A stretch of DNA of 64,000 bases, taken from the NCBI GenBank assembly GCA_001600695.1, contig BCKQ01000005.1, positions 655,543 to 719,542 of the forward strand, in the 5' to 3' direction. Below the pieces are notes generated by a model. It had not been told where the DNA came from, searched no databases, and saw only the letters and a program-made list of their open reading frames with translations. The position numbers and the translations under genes are program-made. Each line of letters begins with the position of its first letter. The first letter of the stretch is position 1. Positions 34,901-44,949 of this stretch are shown in pieces. This stretch comes from Ascoidea asiatica JCM 7603 (Eukaryota; Fungi; Ascomycota).

Positions 34901-35304
34901 TTTGATTTATAATTTGATAAAGTTAAAACAGTTTGAGAAGTAAATTTCAATTTAATTGGATCATTTGAGTTAACTTTTTTGAAATTATTTATATTTTTAT
35001 TTGAAAGTTTATTTGATTCAACAATTTTGAAATTTTTTTTCCTAATATTAGTTTTAATATTTTTTGTAGTTTTTTTTACACTTTTTTTGGTACTACTTTT
35101 TTTAAGTTTAATGGGCCCTTTAATGAGTGGTTTAATAAATGGTTTATTATTATTATCCGATATATTATGAGAATTGATGTTAGGATTTGTAGATGAATTG
35201 ATATTATTAGTATTTGTATTACTTATATTATTATTAGTATCACTATGATTATTAATATTAATATTATTGATAAAATTTAAATTTTGATTGGAATTAAAGG
35301 CCAT
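31969..35304 (-). CDS. Zn2Cys6 transcription factor, Uga3-like (Fungal_trans_2 C-terminal domain)
   Basis: RSKYGCITCKYRKKRCDEIKPICTDCKRLNKKC; IDPLHG, LCFPLFIAG and C-terminal DWYEVVRKVGWELSFA. Confidence 0.85.
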   Translation of the reverse strand: MAFNSNQNLNFINNININNHSDTNNNISNTNTNNINSSTNPNINSHNISDNNNKPFIKPLIKGPIKLKKSSTKKSVKKTTKNIKTNIRKKNFKIVESNKLSNKNINNFKKVNSNDPIKLKFTSQTVLTLSNYKSNSLSLNQHHASLFQQSDNISSNNNSIKSNNELIHYNDNINNNNTITTNNIVMNNDSNNNNNNNITNDINDNSDSNSNLDINFNYLSKSKRSKYGCITCKYRKKRCDEIKPICTDCKRLNKKCVWAKPGMSVHQIREIKKKVELNEEKLKLKKKIDLLNKKNNQINQINSSSLSLSPSPSTIISSPINSNSSTIKKANMNQNYNQNQVQVPIQSQVQSQVQNQVQNQDRIQNQSQNNSQPLINNIENNVYPNPLNEDANSPSNINIISNILSTSIQTDLITYNTNINNNSNNNNNSNISNNSNNSNNSNNSNNSNNSNNNNNNQEILNSIIPSSLTAIKAVLDPNDYNNHNHNYNENHQTLNNRSQNHQNQNNINQIPNMNRIVNHDTKYSTINNNNNNNSNSYHYHYGQQLIGSSNNKDFNYINGEENEYTYHPLSPSQGSNNEFNNNFTNFTHINFNNNYNQFPLYESIPSNLFNISPTGVKLFDYYRDKLGKLICISPQSTNYYLSVFLPMAHIDPGVLYSIIAWSGFHLGGKYEEIGQLYLKNALNYIKQNPIDNNMNEFNFLIRLSNYLILCGALICDGDVKLWRLCLESGAKLIKFQGGFSKLIRSNSIEKKWLGLNFHYHDITSTDRGLFFQEEYSKVLNNYNDNENNMNLSDMMNSNLNINSDMSMNKVGSINEINDENFNENFSFKNIKLAIDPLHGCCQPLYQIISEINQLALKCKRLMKRVPNELNLASDGGNESNNNNNNNNNNNKTGDEGIHKDTKNDKSEILNRNLNDHKDDNDNGSVSSSNESWDLNEAHIDDCHQLSRYELLEQIMNKSVEILSRIDQIGPYYNDLKELNNEELELQLTLYEVFQFTSKIHLKQSVLKMNSSCIEIQFLVSDLLKRLDVVLGTSVEGSLCFPLFIAGMNCSLKCDRELMIKRFDELFDRYRCKNVKRVKMLMEQIWKMDGNGTKNIDWYEVVRKVGWELSFA

Positions 35305-37401
35305 TTAATGAGGAAAGTTATGAGGATAATCAAGAATATGGGACAGAAGTATATTTTGGCAGAAGCTTTATTATATAAAATAATAGTGGAAGTTGCGAGT
35401 GAGTAAGTAATTAACTACAGTAAACAATCTCCTTTTCAATTGAGAATAATAATGAATGTAAATATTTATAGATTTTTTTAGGAAAAGATGGAAAAATTGT
35501 TATTATTTATAATCAAACTTATGGAATTATAATATTATAATCTTATGCTATTTTGTATTATTATTATATTTATTTATATCATTAACGATAAAGTATCAGT
35601 GTATGATATTAAATAATATTTTATATGCTCGAATGTTAACCCATCTTCCAGTCAATCAGATTCATATTCTTGTTCTATTTCCTACTCTCGTTCTCAGTGA
35701 TAAATAATCATGATTGCAAAGCTCCAGTCAATGATAATATTTAGGAGCTGATATCTGCTGAATCTTGGGTGATTCTTTTTTGCGCGTTTTTTCGTAGATA
35801 GCAGTCGGAAATACTAGCCACGTTATCGCCACACTATAGACGCATTATAATGATTATATCCACGCAAAACTCAAAACGGAAACTGAGTGCACCCCAATGC
35901 GCCACACACACACTAGCTTGGCCGGTAATCAGGCGCTAAATTATGCAGCTTAAACTCCCAAATTCCGGTCCAATGAAAAAACACAGCACGTGAAGTTTGA
36001 TTTATCTCCGAAGAAACATTTAAATAATTTAAATCCAAATATGAGGATCCAATGCAGTATTGCTCAGCCATACGTATACCATGTACGGTTGTGAGACTTA
36101 CCTCGGAGTGCACTTTCAAACGCACCAATAAATTTTATGGCAGCCCTAAACATTGAATCCTCAATCATGGTAGAATATTTTTCCATTGAAATTGAAAACA
36201 GAATTCTATGTTTGTTTATGTATTTCCTAAAATGGAAAGCATTCCTGATACGGAGAAACAATAACAACTGCAATAAATCTTCATTTGGATAAATGAAATA
36301 AGTAAAATAAATGAAATTGAAGAAATTAAAAAAGGTAAAGAAATTGAGAAAAAAAAAAATAATAAGTGAATCAAATTCAATAAATTTATTCATATTATAA
36401 TATTATATCAATTTCTACTATTGATACTTTCAGGTTATTGACATTCTGTTTGCTGTGATTGGTTATATTGCAATAAAGCACTAAATTCAAAGCTTTTTTA
36501 TGATTTTTTTCTTATCCTTATCTCTCAATCATCATTTTCAATATTTTATTTTAAGCTCACAAAAATTTTAAAGATTCCTAGTGCAAGTGCAATAGTGTTT
36601 ACATATTTACTTCAGATTACTCTTTTTGTTTACTTATTTACTTATTTTTTTATTTACTTATTTACTTATTTCTTTTCTTGTTTCGGTGTTTTGAAACTTT
36701 CTGATTAGCTTGCAACAATTTTTTCTTTGCTGTTTTTGCTTTTCAAGTTTTTTAAACTTTCATTTCATTCAAACTTCATTTCTATCATTATTAAATCATA
36801 AAGATAATCTTAAAGATAATCTTAAAGATAATCATATTGCTAAAGAAAATTTAATATATACCTAAACTATTAAGGATAATCAATTTGCTATCATCACTAT
36901 CAAATAGCCCAACAAAAAATTACATCTTTTTTTCTTTCCAAATTATATGAATAACTTCATTCGAAAAAATACTCTATCACATAATCATATTCAATCATAC
37001 TCTATTATTTTCAACTATTTCTAAGTATTTTTAATTATTTTATTATTTAATTATCCATTCAATCTATTATTCAAAAAATCCTTTATCATTTAATCATCTA
37101 TATTATAAAATACCCAGAGCCTTTGATTATTAAAATTTTTGCTATACTATATTCTATTTTTTAGTATTGATATTTCTAAAACTTATTTTTTTATTTTTTT
37201 GAAACAAGAGTCAATTTTAAAAATTAAGTTCCAGTTTCATTATTTTATAAGCTTATAAGAATATCATAATAATCCACTAATATAATATAATAATAGCAAA
37301 ATAATATAAATATTTATATTCAGTTATTCCCTAATTCTTGTGTTTCTATTCTTTTTTTATATTCTTACCACTGGTTCCTTCAAATATCAACTCAATAAAT
37401 A

Positions 37402-40400
37402 ATGGATACCTCAATAGCTCAAATTCAACAGGTTTCCCAACCTCAATCTCAATCTCAACCCCAATCTCTATCTCAATCTCAATCCCAATCTCAAATTAAT
37501 TATAATCAAGCTGATTTACAGAAATTACAAGAACAAATTCAGAATCAATTTCAGAACCAATCTAATATAAATAATTTACAAAATCAATTTCAAAATATAA
37601 ATAATGGGAATAATCAAAATAATTTGAACAACTTGAATAATCTAAGTTTTAATAATTTCAGTAATTTAAGTAACATTCAAAATATAAATAATCTAGATAA
37701 TATAAACACTATAGGTAATCTAAATAATTTAAATAATATTCAAACTATTAATAACTTAAATAATAATATACCTCTAAGTTTAAATACAAACATAAATACC
37801 CTCAATAACTTAAATAACTTAAATAACATAAATAACCTAAATGATTTAACTAATTTAAATGAATTAAATAATCTAGATAATATAAACACTATAGGTAATC
37901 TAAATAATTTAAATAATATTCAAACTATTAATAACTTAAATAATAATATACCTCTAAGTTTAAATACAAACATAAATACCCTCAATAACTTAAATAACTT
38001 AAATAACATAAATAACCTAAATGATTTAACTAATTTAAATGAATTAAATAATCTAGATAATATAAATATGGACTATAATATGAGCTTAAATGAATTCGAT
38101 TTATCTCAACAATTACAACTAGATTTAAATATTGAATTAGGAAATAATATTAATGAAAACATAACTCCTACAGATCCAATGACTTCAAATGATTTTCAAA
38201 ATGATTATCTATCAACTTTAGATTTTTCGAATTCAAATCCCAGCTCAAGTTTTCAAAATATTTTAAGCAATAATTCTCAATTACCAAATTTGTCAAATGT
38301 TTCCAATATCCAAAATTTAGAAAATATTTCAAATTTTCAGAATCTTCAAAACTTACAGAACTTACAAACTTTTCAAAATCCTCAAAACCCTCAAAACCCT
38401 CAAAACCCTCAAAATCTTCAAAATTTCAAAACTATTTCAAATCTTTCAAGCATTGAATCTCCATTGAATATATCTTCAAATAATAATTATATTACGAATC
38501 CCAGACTACCAACCAGTGATTATGAATTTAATATATTATTTCAAATGAAAGCTAAAGAACTATTATTATTACAACAAACTTATCAGCAATTACAACAAAA
38601 TAAACAATTATCTAATTTACAAAATAATTTGGTTACTTCTCATAATCAAAATCAGAGTCAAAATAATCCTCAGACCCCTTTGCTTCAAACAGCCCAAACT
38701 CCAAATCAAGCTCAAGCTCAAACTCAAACTCAAACTCATAACCAATATGTGAATAGTTTATACCAACAGGCCCTGTTACAGAAACAACAACAACATCAGC
38801 AACAAATACAGCAGATACAACAGCTTCAACAATTATATTTATTACAGCAGCAGCAACAGCAAAATGATCAAAAACAAAAAAATAATCAAAATCTCCAAAA
38901 TGGGACTCCGATATCCATGAATTCACTACATTCAACTCCAAGTATTGATTATAATTCGGTATTTCCACACAATAATAATTCAAATAGCCAAAATTCTTCG
39001 AATAATACATTACAAAAAGATGCTTTGAGCCCTCCAGCTTTGATAAGACTAACTCAATCACGTCAGTCAAATCAATCCAATCATTCTAATCGGTCAATAC
39101 AATCAATTCAATCAATCCCTAATCTACATCATTCTAGAAATAATAGTTCGGCCTCTGGCTTGATGAGCCCGATTCTCAACCCCAACAATAACCTGAGTGA
39201 TATTTCCAATCAAAATAGTCCAACATTGAATCAAATTCCATTCACTCAATTGAATAATCAATTAAATAATTTAGAATATCCTTTCCTATCTGGATGCCTG
39301 ACTAATAATACTAATAATAATGCAAATGTTTCTAATTCTAAACAAAATTATCTTGATTTTTCAATATTGAACAATAAATTCGATGGTCAATCAAAATCTT
39401 CTCCAATAACAAATGAAGATGATATTTTAAATCAATCCATTATTGAAGTAGAAAATGAAATCAAAAAAATGAATGAAAGTGGCTTGAATGGATTATTGAA
39501 TGACCTCAAGCCTTCAAGTTCCAGCACAAACTCTCAAGATATTGATCAATATTTAGCCTTTGACGATTGTGTAGATTTTAGTAGTGATAACAACACACCA
39601 AATTCGTGTGATTCTACTGATTGTTGTGATAATTTCATCAAGAGTGATAACTTTAATAGAAACCTACAAAGCTCTAAAACTTCAATACAATCTAATGAGA
39701 ATAATTCTAAAGGACCTCAAAAATCTCAAAATACTGATTCCAAAGATATAGATAATAATGGGAAGGTAAAAACTAAGGATGGCGACAAAAAAACCACTTC
39801 TCAAACCGAAGAAGAAAATAAAAATGATGATTCGTTTTTTGATGAAGGGGATACCACTATCATAATGAGCTCGCTGATGATTGACAATGATAAAACTAAT
39901 CCTAATATTGTAAATACTAGTATCTTGAATGATCAAATACTCGAGGAAGTAACCTCTGAAAATTCCAAAGTTTCAAATAATAAAACTACTGATAAATCTG
40001 ATGATATTTTTGCCTTGCCTTTAATGAAACCAATAAGACATATTAAAGAAGGATCTATACCCAAACTAAGTCCCCCAGTCATTTTAGGAAACAACTCAAA
40101 GATATCTAAATATAATGTTGGATGCAAAAAATTGCCCGCATTAAATGAGAAATTAACCTTTATAGATGAAGCAAGTATTTTAAGAGATGGAATAGCTAAT
40201 CCATCATTCTCTTCCCCCTCCTCTTCTCCTATTCAATATAATCGTGCAAGATCTAAATCCCCTACCCGAAGGTCCTATCATCAAAGATCTAGATCCAACT
40301 CTCCTATTAAGTCTAACATAAATGTACAATATTTAACTAATCTTGCTTTCAATACTGAATTACCTCCGGCTTCACTTCAATATCAGACACCACCTTCATC

Positions 40401-41037
40401 TCCAAGCCGAGCAATGAGTGGTCTAACGTTGTCTTCACCTATGGGTTCTATTGGTCTTTCAAGCTCAACTCCTTTTACATCTCCTCAACATGAAAATCCA
40501 TCCCCTGGATTTTTATTGAAGCCATATGCAAATAGAAAAAGAGTTGCCACTTCCCCTCGATCTAAGACAGGATGCTGGACTTGTAGAATAAGGCATAAAA
40601 AATGTGATGAAACTAGGCCTGTCTGCAAAAACTGTTCGAAAATCAGTTTAAAATGTGACCAATATTACGATCCAAAACCAAGTTATATGTCAAATGAAGA
40701 GGAGAGGAAAGCGAAACTTCATGAAATAAGTGAAGCCTGGAAATGCAGATATAAAACAAAAAAAATTATTTCTACAGAGACAAAAGCTCAGAAAGTTGAT
40801 AAAACAGAAAATGAAAGTAATGGGAGTGTATTGTCTGAAAATGATAGTAACAAAGATGGTGATAATGATACATTGAATAAATCTGATAAACTCAAAAATG
40901 ATAGTATTATTGGTAAGCATAAACAAGTGGACTTGAAGGTTAGACCTGACAACAAAGATATTACTGATACTTTAATGACTTCCAATGAAAAAAGTGATAA
41001 ACTGAAGAGTTCAGATTCTAAAACCTCCACATCCTAA
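37402..41037 (+). CDS. Zn2Cys6 transcription factor with C-terminal cluster, Ume6-like
   Basis: PRSKTGCWTCRIRHKKCDETRPVCKNCSKISLKC..KPSYM near the C-terminus, after a long Q/N-rich region; this is the Ume6 architecture. Confidence 0.8.
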   Translation: MDTSIAQIQQVSQPQSQSQPQSLSQSQSQSQINYNQADLQKLQEQIQNQFQNQSNINNLQNQFQNINNGNNQNNLNNLNNLSFNNFSNLSNIQNINNLDNINTIGNLNNLNNIQTINNLNNNIPLSLNTNINTLNNLNNLNNINNLNDLTNLNELNNLDNINTIGNLNNLNNIQTINNLNNNIPLSLNTNINTLNNLNNLNNINNLNDLTNLNELNNLDNINMDYNMSLNEFDLSQQLQLDLNIELGNNINENITPTDPMTSNDFQNDYLSTLDFSNSNPSSSFQNILSNNSQLPNLSNVSNIQNLENISNFQNLQNLQNLQTFQNPQNPQNPQNPQNLQNFKTISNLSSIESPLNISSNNNYITNPRLPTSDYEFNILFQMKAKELLLLQQTYQQLQQNKQLSNLQNNLVTSHNQNQSQNNPQTPLLQTAQTPNQAQAQTQTQTHNQYVNSLYQQALLQKQQQHQQQIQQIQQLQQLYLLQQQQQQNDQKQKNNQNLQNGTPISMNSLHSTPSIDYNSVFPHNNNSNSQNSSNNTLQKDALSPPALIRLTQSRQSNQSNHSNRSIQSIQSIPNLHHSRNNSSASGLMSPILNPNNNLSDISNQNSPTLNQIPFTQLNNQLNNLEYPFLSGCLTNNTNNNANVSNSKQNYLDFSILNNKFDGQSKSSPITNEDDILNQSIIEVENEIKKMNESGLNGLLNDLKPSSSSTNSQDIDQYLAFDDCVDFSSDNNTPNSCDSTDCCDNFIKSDNFNRNLQSSKTSIQSNENNSKGPQKSQNTDSKDIDNNGKVKTKDGDKKTTSQTEEENKNDDSFFDEGDTTIIMSSLMIDNDKTNPNIVNTSILNDQILEEVTSENSKVSNNKTTDKSDDIFALPLMKPIRHIKEGSIPKLSPPVILGNNSKISKYNVGCKKLPALNEKLTFIDEASILRDGIANPSFSSPSSSPIQYNRARSKSPTRRSYHQRSRSNSPIKSNINVQYLTNLAFNTELPPASLQYQTPPSSPSRAMSGLTLSSPMGSIGLSSSTPFTSPQHENPSPGFLLKPYANRKRVATSPRSKTGCWTCRIRHKKCDETRPVCKNCSKISLKCDQYYDPKPSYMSNEEERKAKLHEISEAWKCRYKTKKIISTETKAQKVDKTENESNGSVLSENDSNKDGDNDTLNKSDKLKNDSIIGKHKQVDLKVRPDNKDITDTLMTSNEKSDKLKSSDSKTSTS
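37685..38066 (+). repeat. Perfect 180-bp in-frame tandem duplication (60 aa)
   Basis: 37685-37864 is identical to 37865-38044, with 22 further matching bases to 38066. Confidence 0.97.
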
Positions 41038-41902
41038 TTCTATTTCATCTAGAATTTTTTTGCTAAAAATAGCCAAAATCCTCCTTTCACTTCTCAGTCA
41101 TAGACTTAAATTTCTGCTATTCTTTCTCCATCTTTGTTTTTTTCAATTTTCAATTAGACTATTATTTTCAATCATTAACGAATTGTATGCATTTTTTATT
41201 TTGTATTATTTTTTAGAATAAATCTTTTAGTTTATAAATAACTATTTATAAGTACTTTCTTTTGTTTTCTACTTTGTTAAATTTAATATTTTTACTTTTC
41301 TCTTGTTATTATTCAAAATTCTCACAATCAGTAGTAAAGGTAGTGCGATATCGTTTACATGTTTGTTGACTATCAGGATTGTTTTTTCATTTAAAATTTT
41401 TTTTCGATTCAAGAAAGGCATAAAAGAGGTCACCTTAAAAGGTCAGAACCACTGGATAGACAAAATTATATTCAGGGTCTTAAGATAACTTGTAAAATTG
41501 TTTATTATTTTTCCATTTAAAATGAAACTTTTTTTTCATGTATAAAATTTTTGAGTTCAACAAACTTTAATTCTAATTAAACTTAAAATTTGAAAAGCAA
41601 AGAACCGAAAATACTCGGTTCAAAAATTTGTGAATCATCAATTACAGAATATCCACAATTTAAGACGATCTACCCAAAAATAGTAGATATAAGTAGTGAA
41701 ATAATAGAATTTTATATAAAACCAAACAAAAAAACAGGAAATAGTCTAACCTTAACTTGAATTCCTTTTTTATTCTACATTTTTCAAAAGTAATCTTTAG
41801 TACTCAAAATTGAAATTGAACTGAACATCAACAATAATAATAAAAACAAAGGGTCAGCCCCTTTAGGCTAATGTCCTTGAACATACTTAAACTAAAGTGA
41901 AA

Positions 41903-44542
41903 TTATTCCCATTCTGGAAACTCGCTCACTTTTTTAAATGCCATTTCATCTTTTCCAATGATATATAACAGATCCTCATCAAAGCCAATCCATGGACCTT
42001 CTAACTCATCATAAAGTTCAGGATTTTGATATTTTTGAGTTTGATTTCTTGCTTGATCAAAAGTTGCTCGCCTTTGCCCCATAGAATTTCTAACAACGTT
42101 AATCAAGCCAGCTGTTCGCAATGATCGTTCAGAGTCATTATGAATGATTGGATTCTCAAAGGAAGAAGTATTATTAATCGAATCTGATTCATTATTTTCA
42201 TCTTTCCTTATGGCTCTTAATGCAATGAAATATGATAAAGGCAAATAGTTTTTATGAAAGTGATAAAAAAAACCAAGTGTTATAAACGGCAAAGGCACAA
42301 TTAATGAGGCTAATACATATGCATTCAATAAAGCAAAAGTTCCAGCCATTGTCAATTGAAATAATACCAAACCTAAGCATACTCTTTTGAATATCATAGG
42401 CCATACTTTTCCTGTTGAGTTTTGAGGATGAACCATTGAATACATTAGTTGATATTTATAAACATAATACCCTAATATAAAATAAACCACACCTGCAGCC
42501 AAAATTTTGGTTGATAAAACTGAATACATTAAGACAATTATTGACAATAATAATGGTTGTGGTAAAATCAAACCAAAATCAAAAATTGATGGTTTATAAT
42601 AAATTTCTCTATAATCTCTAGGAGTGCGAGAATAAAATAATTTTGTGATTGACAAATAAAAAACATCACCAACTTGCAATAGCTTGAAAGGAAACATTCC
42701 TAATCCTTGAAGTAAAATAAGATCAACATAAAATAATGATAATCTTGAAACTGAATCGGCTAACAAATAAGCAATTTTTGTTGTATCACTTAAAAAAGAC
42801 CAATAATTACTAACAGTTCCAGCTAAAGTAAAAACTAAGAAAAGATTAAAAAAAATATAAAAGAAATTTTTTGCAACACAAGCAAGTTCAGAATCTCCAT
42901 AAGATACATAACTTTGTTTTAGAGATAAATAAGAATAAAAATAAGGTAAAAACACATTTAATAAAGTGAATAAAGTTGGTGGTAATATACCTGTTACAAG
43001 AGTTGTAAGTACTTTAGATTCTGAAATAAATTTTCCAAGACTTGGCCAAAATTCAGTAATCGTTTTTATATTCAACAAAGCAGCAATATAAGAAACGGGA
43101 AATACTAAAGCTACTGAACTTACAGCAATAATAAATGTAATGAAATAGTCTTTTAAGGTCTTTTTATAAGCAGGAACAGCAAATTGATCCCATCTAACAT
43201 CAGCAGGAGAAGGTGCTAGTTTTGCAATTAACTGACCGACATTTGGGTCTAAAACAGCTTGAGCAGCAACTTGAGCAGAAGCAACTGATTCCATAGTTAT
43301 GAAAGCTGATGAAGATGCTTTGAAATCATTATTTTTTCTAATAATTTTTATTTTTTCATCAATTTTTTTTAATTCCCATGTATAATGATTAATTGCATCC
43401 ACTTCTTTTCCAAATATTCCAAGGAAGCCTAATTTTATTTTCGGTCTTTTTGAGGCTTTTTTAATTTTAAAAGGTTGATTACTTAGAGAAGCTGATATTT
43501 CATTGGAATTAATGTTTAATAATAGTCCAGAATCATCCGAATCTTCGAATTCGGAAGAGGTAATAGTATTATTGATATTATTACTGCAATCATTTAAAAT
43601 ATCTCTATTTTGAGGTAGATTTAAAGGAATTACAGAAATTCTTGGATTTTTTGAAATTTTTAAACCTAAATAAGTTGAATAATAAATTTCAAGAATTTTA
43701 ATCAATTCAAATCTTTTTTCAAATAATTTTTTTAAAACTAACCAATTATAACAAATTGAAATATTATTAATTTTTCCAATATTTAAAGATTCAATATACT
43801 TTTTTAAATTTTTAGAATTATTTAAATGTTTTGGTATACCAGAAATTAATAAAGTTTTATCAGTAATTGAAGTTTGAGAACCTAAATAATTTTGTCTAAT
43901 TGTTAAAACTTTTTTAGTTTGATCAAATAAGAAATATAAAACAATAAATGAGAAAATATAAGTGAATAAGAAATAAACCCATAAATAAGGTAAAACAGTT
44001 ATTGGTAATGGTTGAGGATTATTAGTATCATCATCATTATTATTATTATTACTATTAGAAAAAGTTTGAAAATGATTATAAGTATCATTACTAGGAATAT
44101 GATTTGGATTATCAGGATCATCAGGATCATAAAAATCATATTTTCCAGTATAATAATAAGTAATTGGTGTTATTATACAAACTGATAATATTCCTAAAGT
44201 TGAGAAAATTTTAATTAACATTTTAAAAAACCCTAAAAAAACATAAGCATCAAGTCCTGCACAAGATAAAATATCTTCATCTTTAATTCTATATAAAGGT
44301 AAAATCCAACCAAAATAAGATTTTGGCAATGGATTAATATCATCTCTTCTTAAAGTTCTTATAGCATATAAATTCGGCCATTTTGATCTTAAAATTGTAA
44401 AAGTTAAAAAAGTTATAAGACCAAGAAAAAAACTAATTGCTAATTGAGTTTTAAAAACAGTTTGTGGTTGATTTCTTGGGTCCATTGGTGGAATTAAACC
44501 ACCTCCACCTCCATCATCATTATTTATTGATATATGATCCAT
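41903..44542 (-). CDS. CSC1: OSCA/TMEM63 calcium-permeable stress-gated cation channel
   Basis: GLDAYVFLGFFKM, AFITMESVASAQVAAQAVLDP, AP.P.DV.W, KYQLMYSMVHPQNSTGKVWP. ATG at 44542. Confidence 0.9.
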   Translation of the reverse strand: MDHISINNDDGGGGGLIPPMDPRNQPQTVFKTQLAISFFLGLITFLTFTILRSKWPNLYAIRTLRRDDINPLPKSYFGWILPLYRIKDEDILSCAGLDAYVFLGFFKMLIKIFSTLGILSVCIITPITYYYTGKYDFYDPDDPDNPNHIPSNDTYNHFQTFSNSNNNNNDDDTNNPQPLPITVLPYLWVYFLFTYIFSFIVLYFLFDQTKKVLTIRQNYLGSQTSITDKTLLISGIPKHLNNSKNLKKYIESLNIGKINNISICYNWLVLKKLFEKRFELIKILEIYYSTYLGLKISKNPRISVIPLNLPQNRDILNDCSNNINNTITSSEFEDSDDSGLLLNINSNEISASLSNQPFKIKKASKRPKIKLGFLGIFGKEVDAINHYTWELKKIDEKIKIIRKNNDFKASSSAFITMESVASAQVAAQAVLDPNVGQLIAKLAPSPADVRWDQFAVPAYKKTLKDYFITFIIAVSSVALVFPVSYIAALLNIKTITEFWPSLGKFISESKVLTTLVTGILPPTLFTLLNVFLPYFYSYLSLKQSYVSYGDSELACVAKNFFYIFFNLFLVFTLAGTVSNYWSFLSDTTKIAYLLADSVSRLSLFYVDLILLQGLGMFPFKLLQVGDVFYLSITKLFYSRTPRDYREIYYKPSIFDFGLILPQPLLLSIIVLMYSVLSTKILAAGVVYFILGYYVYKYQLMYSMVHPQNSTGKVWPMIFKRVCLGLVLFQLTMAGTFALLNAYVLASLIVPLPFITLGFFYHFHKNYLPLSYFIALRAIRKDENNESDSINNTSSFENPIIHNDSERSLRTAGLINVVRNSMGQRRATFDQARNQTQKYQNPELYDELEGPWIGFDEDLLYIIGKDEMAFKKVSEFPEWE

Positions 44543-44949
44543 TGTAAATAAATACAAAATCGAAGTAATAATAGAAAATATAGTTAATTCTATACTTGTT
44601 ACTTGATATTATTCAAATTGGTTATTTATTTGATTGTTTATATTTATTTATCTATGTTTATTTATTATTTATTGTTTAAATAATGAAAAAGCCGAATTGA
44701 CAGCAAGCAAACATCCAACATACAAACGGGTTAAGCCTTGAAATCGGGTCGAGTTTAAAATATTTATTTAAAATCAAAATCTGGAGTCGAAAGAAGTGCC
44801 AAAAAAGTACTTAAGAGACAGACTGATTTTATGAATTAAGTGTGCTATACATATTTATTTATTTGTTAAAAAGAGAATAGAAGGGAATAGAAGGGAATAG
44901 AAGAGAATAGAAGAAATGGAAATATATAATGAGAACTGAAGTAAAATTG

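Noticed and set aside
41300-41880. ncRNA or LTR remnant in the long convergent UME6-like/CSC1 gap
   Set aside because: Only a 7-bp hairpin (GAACCGA/TCGGTTC); no snoRNA boxes, TG..CA termini or target-site duplication that I can support.
44543-44723. 5'UTR intron in CSC1 (minus-strand GTATGT at 44723)
   Set aside because: No convincing branch point, and no AG acceptor between the best candidate and the ATG.
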